NCBI GenBank assembly: GCA_017353825.1
Contig: JAFMSC010000001.1
Location: 1-37,548, forward strand
Source: Hyphomicrobiaceae bacterium
GTDB taxonomy: Bacteria > Pseudomonadota > Alphaproteobacteria > Rhizobiales > Hyphomicrobiaceae
DNA: 37,548 bases
Direction of reading: 5' to 3'
The notes under the pieces are model-generated. The model saw only the letters and a list, made by a program, of their open reading frames with translations. It made no database searches and was not told the DNA's origin. A program made the position numbers and the translations under genes. Of the stretch, positions 25,695 to 32,922 are shown in pieces; position 1 is the first letter of the stretch; every line of letters begins with the position of its first letter.

Positions 25695-27467
25695 CTACAC
25701 CAGCACCTTGCCTTCCGTGCCGATGGCTTCGTCGATCTCCTGCTCGGAGACTTCGGAGCCCAAGAGCATCTCGTTGTGGGCCTTGCCGGAGGGGATCATG
25801 GGGAAGCAGTTGGCGAGCGCGGCGACGCGGCAGTCGAAGATCACCGGCCGGTCGGCCGGCGCATTGAGCATGGCGAGGATCTTGTCGTCCAGCTCGGCGG
25901 GCTTGTCGGCGCGGATGCCGATGCCGCCGTAGGCCTCGGCGAGCTTGACGAAATCGGGCAGGGCCGCGGTGTAGCTCTCCGAGATGCGGTTGCCATGGAG
26001 CAGCTGTTGCCACTGGCGCACCATGCCCATGTACTGGTTGTTGAGGATGAATACCTTCACCGGCAGGCGGTACTGCACCGCCGTGGACATCTCCTGGACG
26101 TTCATCAGGATCGAGGCATCCCCGGCGATGTCTATGACCAGCGACTTGGGGTGCGCCATCTGCACGCCGATGGCCGACGGGAAGCCATAGCCCATGGTAC
26201 CGAGCCCGCCCGAGGTCATCCAGCGGTTGGGCTCTTCGAAGCCGAAGAACTGGGCGGCCCACATCTGGTGTTGCCCCACCTCCGTCGTGATGTAGGTGTC
26301 ACGGTCCCTTGTCAGCGCGTGTAGGCGCTGCAGCGCGTGCTGCGGCATGATGACGTCCGCGCTGTCCTTGTAGGCTAGGCAGTTCTTGGCACGCCAACGG
26401 TCAATCTGGGCCCACCAGGCCTTCAGTGCCGTCTTGTCCACGGTGGCGCCCTTCAAGCGCCAGGTCCGGATCAGGTCCTCCAGCACATAGGCAACATCGC
26501 CGATAATGGGCACGTCCACCTCAACGTTCTTGTTGATGGAGGAGGGGTCAATGTCGATGTGGATCTTCTTGGACCTGGGCGCGAAGGCGTCGAGGCGGCC
26601 GGTGATACGATCGTCGAAGCGGGCGCCGACGCAGACCATCACGTCGCAGTCGTGCATGACGAGATTGGCCTGGTAGGTGCCGTGCATGCCAAGCATGCCA
26701 AGCCACTCCTTGCCCGAGGCCGGGAAGGCGCCGAGGCCCATCAGCGTCGAGGTGACGGGGAAATGGGTGAGCCGCACCAGTTCTCGCAGCAGCTGGCTTG
26801 CCTTGGGGCCCGAATTGATGACGCCACCGCCAGTGTAGAGCACGGGCTTGCGGGCGCGCGCCATCAGCTCCACCGCCTCGGCGATGGCGGCAGGGTCACC
26901 CTTAAGGCGCGGCTGGTAGGTCTTGTGCTTCACGTCCTTTGGGCCGGTGTAGGTGCCGGTGGCGAACTGGACGTCCTTGGGGATATCCACGACCACCGGG
27001 CCGGGCCGACCGCTGCGGGCCACGTAGAACGCCTCGTGCAGCACGCGCGCGAGGTCCTCGACTTTCTTGACGAGCCAGTTGTGTTTGGTGCAGGGCCGGG
27101 TGATCCCGACCGTGTCGCACTCCTGGAACGCGTCGTTACCGATCAGGTGCGTTGGCACCTGGCCGGTGATGCAGACAACGGGCACCGAATCCATGAGCGC
27201 ATCGGTGAGCCCGGTGACGGCGTTGGTGGCGCCGGGCCCCGAGGTGACCAGCACCACGCCGACCTTGCCGGTGGAGCGGGCGTAGCCCTCAGCCGCGTGC
27301 ACCGCCCCACCCTCCTGCCGCACGAGCACGTGCTGGACCTTCTCCTGCTGGAACAACTCGTCGTAGATGGGCAGGACGGCGCCGCCGGGATAGCCGAAGA
27401 GATGCTCGGTCCCTTGGTCGGCCAAGGCGCGGATCACCATTTCCGCGCCCGTCATTCTCATGGTCAT
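25695..27467 (-). CDS. ilvI: Acetolactate synthase large subunit, biosynthetic type
   Basis: 'MTGAEMVIRALADQGTEHLFGYPGGAVLPIYD', 'GPGATNAVTGL', ThDP motif 'GLGTMGYGFPSAIG...DIAGDASILMN'. ATG at 27465-27467 has GGAG 9 nt upstream. The ORF is open to GTG at 27482. Confidence 0.95.
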   Translation of the reverse strand: MTMRMTGAEMVIRALADQGTEHLFGYPGGAVLPIYDELFQQEKVQHVLVRQEGGAVHAAEGYARSTGKVGVVLVTSGPGATNAVTGLTDALMDSVPVVCITGQVPTHLIGNDAFQECDTVGITRPCTKHNWLVKKVEDLARVLHEAFYVARSGRPGPVVVDIPKDVQFATGTYTGPKDVKHKTYQPRLKGDPAAIAEAVELMARARKPVLYTGGGVINSGPKASQLLRELVRLTHFPVTSTLMGLGAFPASGKEWLGMLGMHGTYQANLVMHDCDVMVCVGARFDDRITGRLDAFAPRSKKIHIDIDPSSINKNVEVDVPIIGDVAYVLEDLIRTWRLKGATVDKTALKAWWAQIDRWRAKNCLAYKDSADVIMPQHALQRLHALTRDRDTYITTEVGQHQMWAAQFFGFEEPNRWMTSGGLGTMGYGFPSAIGVQMAHPKSLVIDIAGDASILMNVQEMSTAVQYRLPVKVFILNNQYMGMVRQWQQLLHGNRISESYTAALPDFVKLAEAYGGIGIRADKPAELDDKILAMLNAPADRPVIFDCRVAALANCFPMIPSGKAHNEMLLGSEVSEQEIDEAIGTEGKVLV

Positions 27468-27523
27468 GGGCGGAGACTCCACTCACCCCTCGCGCACTCC
27501 CGCTGCGCGCCGGCGCCACCTGA

Positions 27524-28477
27524 TTATCGGGCGGGGTGGTCTGGGTCAACCCTCTCCAGAATGAATGGAAATTCTGTCGCGATGAATCTTTCCATATCTT
27601 GCTGATAGATATGGTTCCACGCAATCATATTTCGCCTAAGCCAGGTGAGCTGCCGTTTCGCGTACTGGCGCGTGTCGCTCTGGCCTTTGGCGATGGCCTC
27701 CTCAAGGGATATCGTTCCGCGCACATGCGCCGCCAGCCAGGGCACCCCGTGCGCCCGCATGATGGGCAGCTCGGCCGAGAGGCCGAGGTCCATAAGCGCG
27801 CGAACCTCCTCCAGCGCCCCGGCCGCCAGCATGGCGTCGAAGCGGGCGTCGATGCGGGCGCGGTGCCTAACCCGCTCCGGCAGCAGCAGGAGCCGCACCG
27901 TTTCTGCCTCCGCCAGCACCGGCCGGCCGGGTTCGCGCTGCCAGTCGGCCAGCGACCGGCCGGTGCTCTCCAGGATTTCCAAGGCCCGCACGATGCGCTG
28001 CGGGTCGGTGGGCATGAGGCGCGCCGCCATCTCGGGGTCCCGCGCCTTCAGCAGGGCGTGCAACTCATGGGAGGGCCGCCGGGCCGCCTCGGAGCGCCAG
28101 AAGGCACGCACATCGGGGTCCGCCGCCGGGATCGGCGACAAGCCCGCCAACAGGGCCCTGAAATAGAGCCCCGTGCCGCCCACGAGGATCGGCACGCGGC
28201 GCGACGCCCTGGCGTCGGCGATGGCCTTGGCACCGTCAACGGCATAGCGCCCGGCCGAGTAGCCCTCAGCACCGCCGACAAAGCCGTAGAGCGCGTGCGG
28301 CGCACGTGCCTCGTCCTGTGGCGTCGGCCGCGCGGTGAGGATGCGCAACTCGCGGTAGACCTGCATGCTGTCGGCGTTGATGACGGTGCCGGCGAGCCGC
28401 TCCGCCAGGGCAAGTGCCAGCCCCGACTTGCCGCTGGCAGTCGGCCCGGCGATGAGGATGGGGCGGGGGGTGCGCAT
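27524..28477 (-). CDS. miaA: tRNA dimethylallyltransferase
   Basis: 'ILIAGPTASGKSGLALALAERL...INADSMQVYRELRILTARPT' is canonical MiaA. Confidence 0.95.
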   Translation of the reverse strand: MRTPRPILIAGPTASGKSGLALALAERLAGTVINADSMQVYRELRILTARPTPQDEARAPHALYGFVGGAEGYSAGRYAVDGAKAIADARASRRVPILVGGTGLYFRALLAGLSPIPAADPDVRAFWRSEAARRPSHELHALLKARDPEMAARLMPTDPQRIVRALEILESTGRSLADWQREPGRPVLAEAETVRLLLLPERVRHRARIDARFDAMLAAGALEEVRALMDLGLSAELPIMRAHGVPWLAAHVRGTISLEEAIAKGQSDTRQYAKRQLTWLRRNMIAWNHIYQQDMERFIATEFPFILERVDPDHPAR

Positions 28478-28986
28478 GGCGTGGAGTTAGCGCATTTCCT
28501 GGGAGAGATCACCGCTTAGGAGCTCGCCACCAGCACGGAGGGCAGCCCTATCGGCGAGGGCGCGAAATTTAGCCCCCGGTGCGTGTGCTGACCAGCCGTG
28601 CGCGATGGGAGGAAGGCCCGTGGCCGACCTAGTGGCCGACATGGACGTTGCGATCCCGGCGATTTGTCGGAATGCTTGCGCTCGGTTGGCCGCAGGTCTG
28701 CTTGCCGACGTCGCCGGAACCAAGCAAGGCTCGTCCGGTCACATTGCTTGGCCTCATCCTACTGGCAGTAGCCCCGGCATACCTCGCGCTCAAGCTTGCG
28801 CCGGGATCATGATTGGCTTCTACGAGGCCCGTGTTGATGCTCTCGCCAGCAACCTAAGGTCTCCAAGCAACCACGGGCTGGCAAGGCGGCGCTCGAGCAT
28901 CGGCAAGCGCCAGAAGGCGTGGGTGGGTGTCCCCCATTGACAGTCCAAGTCGCCGCACGGGATGGCGCCCCGTCCGGGCCCACAGA

Positions 28987-29026
28987 CCGTGATCGACGAC
29001 GCGTGATCGACGACGCGTGACCGACC
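28987..29026. repeat. Tandem repeat, 14 bp x~3 (CGTGATCGACGACG)
   Basis: Two perfect copies plus a degenerate third copy. Confidence 0.9.
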
Positions 29027-29251
29027 GGCTCGGTGACCATTATTGCGCTCGACCGAACGCGCATCTGGCATCCATCGAGGTGACGCTCGCCGGGGCTTGG
29101 TGGCATCGCCCTTAATCGGGCGGCTTCCCTGCGAACGGCGTATTGCGCCTAATTGATGGGCTCGATGCCCTGTTGTTGGGCGCCTCCACCTACGATCTCA
29201 CCCTGATGCTCCGGATTTTCAGCTGGCACAGGCCTTGCTGCCACCGCGTCC

Positions 29252-29362
29252 AGAGTTGGTGGCTAGGGTTCCGGCCCTGCGGGGCGTCTGGTCCGAGAGC
29301 TGCCGCCCGGCGGTGCCGCATCGCCGCCCGGGTGCACGGCGGGACAAAAGCCCGGGAGACCT
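29252..29362 (+). promoter_or_regulatory. Guanidine-I riboswitch aptamer (ykkC-yxkD class, subtype 1)
   Basis: All three conserved blocks are present in the right order and spacing: GGCTAGGGTTCCGG (29261-), CTGGTCCGAGAG (29288-), and ACGGCGGGACAAAAGCCCGGGAGA (29335-29359). It lies ~75 nt upstream of the ABC substrate-binding gene. A 9-bp hairpin AGGACTGGC/GCCAGTCCT follows (29371-29400) with no U-tract, then RBS GAGGGA at 29423. Confidence 0.85.
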
Positions 29363-29436
29363 CGGTGGCCAGGACTGGCTGCGCTCGGTCTCGCCAGTCC
29401 TCGGTCGGAGCAGCGAACGAACGAGGGATATGACCC

Positions 29437-30498
29437 ATGAAGCGCGTTGCCTCTCTCCTTCTTTCCATGACGCTCGCTGTCGGCGCCGGCTCGCCGGTCT
29501 GGGCGGTGTCGAAGAAGGACTTCAACATCGCGTGGACGATCTATGTGGGCTGGATGCCTTGGCCATATGCGGTCGAGACCGGCATCGTCAAGACGTGGGC
29601 CGACAAGTACGGCATCACCATCAACGTCACGCAGATCAACGACTACGTGGAGTCCATCAACCAGTACACAGCCGGCAAGTTCGACGGTGTGACGTTGACC
29701 AACATGGACGCTCTCACGATCCCGGCCGCAGGCGGGGTCGACACCTCGCTCATGATCGTCGGCGACTTCTCCAACGGCAACGACGGCATCGTGCTCAAGC
29801 AGGGCAAGAGCATCGCCGATATCAAGGGCCAGAAGATCAACATGGTGGAGCTGTCGGTCTCCCATTACCTGCTGGCTCGGGCGCTCGCCGGCGCCAAACT
29901 CAAGGAGGCCGACATCAAGGTGGTCAACACCTCCGATGCCGACATCGTCGCCGCCTTCAAGGCCCCAGACTCGACGGCTGTGGTGACCTGGAACCCGCAA
30001 CTCATGGAGGTGAAGGCCGAGCCCGGCGTAACGCTGGTGTTCGATTCAAGCAAGATCCCCGGCGAGATCATCGACACCATGGGCCTCAACACCCAGACGC
30101 TAAAGGACAACCCCAGCCTCGGCAAAGCGCTCGTCGGCATCTGGTACGAGACCATCGCGCTGATGGCGGACGCTGGCGAGAAGGGCAAGGCGGCGCGGGA
30201 AGCCATGGCCAAGCTATCAGGGACCGATCTCGCCGGCTTCGAGGCGCAGCTCAAGACCACGCGCATGTTCTACACGGCCAAGGATGCCGTGGCCTTCAGC
30301 ACCAGCGACGACCTCGCCAAGACCATGGACCTCGTACGCACCTTCTGCTTCGAGCACAACCTCTTGGGCGACGGCGTAAAGAGCAAGGATGCCATCGGCA
30401 TCGCCTTCCCCTCGGGGCAGGTGCTCGGCAACAAGGCCAACGTGAAGCTGCGCTTCGACGCCTCCTACATGAAGCTGGCGCTGGAGGGGAAGCTCTGA
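29437..30498 (+). CDS. ABC transporter periplasmic substrate-binding protein, NitT/TauT family, urea-carboxylase-associated type (candidate guanidine binder)
   Basis: Signal peptide, then 'FNIAWTIYVGWMPWPYA...KTWADKYGI...QINDYVESINQYTAGKFDGVTLTNMDALTIPAAGGVD...GDFSNGNDGIVLK...ELSVSHYLLARAL', which matches from memory the binding protein found next to urea/guanidine carboxylase genes. Confidence 0.9.
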   Translation: MKRVASLLLSMTLAVGAGSPVWAVSKKDFNIAWTIYVGWMPWPYAVETGIVKTWADKYGITINVTQINDYVESINQYTAGKFDGVTLTNMDALTIPAAGGVDTSLMIVGDFSNGNDGIVLKQGKSIADIKGQKINMVELSVSHYLLARALAGAKLKEADIKVVNTSDADIVAAFKAPDSTAVVTWNPQLMEVKAEPGVTLVFDSSKIPGEIIDTMGLNTQTLKDNPSLGKALVGIWYETIALMADAGEKGKAAREAMAKLSGTDLAGFEAQLKTTRMFYTAKDAVAFSTSDDLAKTMDLVRTFCFEHNLLGDGVKSKDAIGIAFPSGQVLGNKANVKLRFDASYMKLALEGKL

Positions 30499-30711
30499 CC
30501 TCCCTCTCCCCGCGTCACCAATTTTGTCACAGGCTCCTTCAGCGCAAGGTGAGGGCCTGATGAGGGCCAGGTTGAAGGGGCAGCAGTAAACTCCGAGCGT
30601 CGTCTGTGGCTGCCCCTCACCCCCTTGCCCGTTCGCCCGCGGGCGGTTGTTGGGTCGCATACCTGCCTGGACGGTTGAGGGCGAACGGGGAGAGGGTCAC
30701 GGGAGGGCCGC

Positions 30712-31533
30712 ATGCGCCGCGCCATGAACATCGCGCCGGAGCGGACCGGGCGGCTGGCGCTGGCGCTGCTGCCGTTCGCGCTGATCGCCCTCGTCTACGT
30801 GGCGGGCTCCGCGCAGCGGCGGGCGGTGAACCCCAACGACAAGCTGCTGCCGCCGGTTTCGGAGATGGCGGACGCGGTGCACCGGGCGGCGCTTGAGCCG
30901 GACCGGCGCTCGGGCGAGATCGTGCTGTGGACGGACACCTCGGCCAGCTTGGGGCGCCTGGGCGCTGGCTTGGGATTGGCCACGCTGATCGGGCTCACCC
31001 TGGGCCTGGCCATCGGCGTGCTGCCACTGGTGGCGGCGGCGCTGGCGCCGCTCGTCGCCGTCATCTGTATGGTGCCGCCGATGGCCATTCTGCCGGTGCT
31101 TTTCATCGTGTTCGGCCTGGGCGAGCTCTCGAAGGTGGTGCTGATCGTGATCGGCGTGGCGCCGTTCCTGGTGCGCGATCTCGCCTTTGCCGCGGCGCGG
31201 CTGCCCACGGAGCATCTCGTCAAGGCCCAGACGCTCGGCGCCTCCACCTGGCAGGTGGCCACGCGGGTGGTGGCCCCGCAGATCATGCCACGCCTAATCG
31301 AGGCGGTGCGACTGTCGCTCGGGCCCGCATTCCTGTTCCTGATCTCGGCCGAGGCCATCGCCGCCGAGAGCGGGCTCGGCTACCGCATCTTCCTGGTCCG
31401 GCGCTATCTCGCCATGGATACGATCCTGCCCTACGTGGCCTGGATCACGCTCATCGCCTATGCCATGGACCTGGGGCTGGCGCGCCTGTCGCGGGCAGCC
31501 TTCCCCTGGGCTCAAGCAGACGAGGGGCGCTGA
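30712..31533 (+). CDS. ABC transporter permease (NitT/TauT family)
   Basis: GGGAGGG RBS, about 6 TM segments, and an EAA-like loop 'AQTLGASTWQVATRVVAPQIMPRLIEA'. Confidence 0.9.
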   Translation: MRRAMNIAPERTGRLALALLPFALIALVYVAGSAQRRAVNPNDKLLPPVSEMADAVHRAALEPDRRSGEIVLWTDTSASLGRLGAGLGLATLIGLTLGLAIGVLPLVAAALAPLVAVICMVPPMAILPVLFIVFGLGELSKVVLIVIGVAPFLVRDLAFAAARLPTEHLVKAQTLGASTWQVATRVVAPQIMPRLIEAVRLSLGPAFLFLISAEAIAAESGLGYRIFLVRRYLAMDTILPYVAWITLIAYAMDLGLARLSRAAFPWAQADEGR

Positions 31534-32300
31534 TGGGCGCGATCTCGGTGCGCAACGTGTGGGTGGAATACGGCGACCAGATCGTGCTGGAGCGCATCAA
31601 CTTGGAGATCGCTTCCGGCGCGTTCGTGTCGATCGTCGGCCCTTCGGGATGCGGCAAGAGCACGCTCCTGCGCCTCCTCTTGGGGCAGGAAAAGCCCACG
31701 CGCGGCACCATCCTGATCGACGGCAGGCCGCTGCCGGACGAGCCTGGGCCCGATCGCGGTATCGTGTACCAGCGCTATTCGGTGTTTCCGCACCTCACCG
31801 TTCTCGGCAACGTACTCATCGCCTACGAGTTCGCCGGCAGTCGATTGTTGGGCCGGCTCATGGGCCGCGCGCGCCGCGCAGCCATCGACGAGGCCCTTGC
31901 GCTCATCAAGGCTGTCGGATTGGCGCTCCATGCCAAGAAATATCCAAGCACCCTGTCGGGCGGCATGCAGCAACGGCTGGCAATTGCCCAGGCGCTCGCG
32001 CGCAAGCCGCGGGTCCTGCTGCTCGACGAGCCGTTCGGCGCGCTCGATCCGGGCATTCGCGCGCATATGCACGAGCTTATTCGCCCGCTGTGGCGCGAGC
32101 ATGGTATGACCGTCCTCATGGTCACCCACGACATCAAGGAGGGCTTCGCGCTCGGCACAAGGCTCATCGTGCTCGACAAATGGCGCGACGACCCGCAGGC
32201 CGCCGAGCGGTTCGGTGCCGTCATTACATACGATCTCGACCTCACCCGCGACAACGCCGGGCCGGTGCGCTTCTGCAATGAGCCGACCGTCGCAAGCTAA
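31533..32300 (+). CDS. ABC transporter ATP-binding protein
   Basis: ATG overlaps the permease stop (TGATG). Walker A 'GPSGCGKST', signature 'LSGGMQQR', Walker B 'LLLDEPFGALD'. The ORF part upstream of 31533 overlaps the permease and was rejected. Confidence 0.92.
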   Translation: MGAISVRNVWVEYGDQIVLERINLEIASGAFVSIVGPSGCGKSTLLRLLLGQEKPTRGTILIDGRPLPDEPGPDRGIVYQRYSVFPHLTVLGNVLIAYEFAGSRLLGRLMGRARRAAIDEALALIKAVGLALHAKKYPSTLSGGMQQRLAIAQALARKPRVLLLDEPFGALDPGIRAHMHELIRPLWREHGMTVLMVTHDIKEGFALGTRLIVLDKWRDDPQAAERFGAVITYDLDLTRDNAGPVRFCNEPTVAS

Positions 32301-32334
32301 GGGTCGCCGACAGCGGGGACAGATCATTTCGCGC

Positions 32335-32922
32335 ATGGAACCTGTCGAGACTCATAATAGCCGGCTGTTCATTCGTCAGGTTCGCTCCCGTGACGTGGAG
32401 GACGCGCTCGTCTACCGGGACGGCGCAGAGTTCAGCCGCTATCTTCAGCACATCCCTCGCCCTTTCACGCGGCGGCACGCCGAGGCGTCGGGGGCGCGAA
32501 ACAGGGTGGAGCCCTGGGATCGGTCCGCGACCTTTAGGGAGGCGTTGACGGGAACCGTGATAGGCACAGTCAACCTCGATGTTGACCAAACCCACGGTAT
32601 GGCCATGCTGGGCTCCGCCATCGGCCACGCGCAGGGGGGAAAGCGAAGCGGCTGGGAAGCTGCCCCGGCGGCGGTTGGGTGGGGTCTCGGCGCGTTCGAT
32701 CTCGCCAACCTCTGGGGCACGACGGATGTGCGCAATGGGCGTGGGCGGCAGGCCGCTAGGCGATCGCAGCGGCTGATCGAGAAGCTCGCAAGTAGGCGCG
32801 CGGCGACGTTCCTGCCACGGCTGGCTCGCGATGGGCGACCGGATAAGCTCGATCATGGCTCTCCGCGCCCAAGTGCCTCTCAATACCTCAATGCTTGGGT
32901 AGCCCAAGGAGCAGCCGCATGA
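32335..32922 (+). CDS. GNAT-like (RimJ/RimL-type) acetyltransferase ORF, divergent and possibly degenerate
   Basis: 'SRLFIRQVRSRDVEDALVY...EFSRYL', 'VIGTVNLDVD...LGSAIGHAQGGKRSGWEAAPAAVGWGLGAFDLANLW', 'RSQRLIEKL...LARDGRP' follow GNAT topology. The acetyl-CoA motif is altered (GGKRSG where RimJ/L-type GNATs have WGKGxA). Visibly more A/T-ending codons than the neighbours. The stop overlaps the next ATG (ATGA). Confidence 0.5.
   Translation: MEPVETHNSRLFIRQVRSRDVEDALVYRDGAEFSRYLQHIPRPFTRRHAEASGARNRVEPWDRSATFREALTGTVIGTVNLDVDQTHGMAMLGSAIGHAQGGKRSGWEAAPAAVGWGLGAFDLANLWGTTDVRNGRGRQAARRSQRLIEKLASRRAATFLPRLARDGRPDKLDHGSPRPSASQYLNAWVAQGAAA

Noticed and set aside
24633-26324. 563-aa plus-strand ORF
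   Set aside because: Antisense to ilvH and ilvI, whose products are unambiguous. It also runs through the 14-bp x7 array.
28605-28940. 111-aa plus-strand ORF upstream of miaA
   Set aside because: No RBS, mixed codon usage without GC3 bias, and no recognisable motif. Treated as non-coding.
29371-29400. Intrinsic terminator as the riboswitch expression platform
   Set aside because: The hairpin AGGACTGGC/GCCAGTCCT is not followed by a U-tract, so I do not call it a Rho-independent terminator. The mechanism is left open.
30927-31532. 5' extension of the ATPase ORF (30927..32300)
   Set aside because: It overlaps the permease gene out of frame and is Arg/Gly-rich. The ATG at 31533 overlapping the permease stop gives the canonical ABC ATPase N-terminus.
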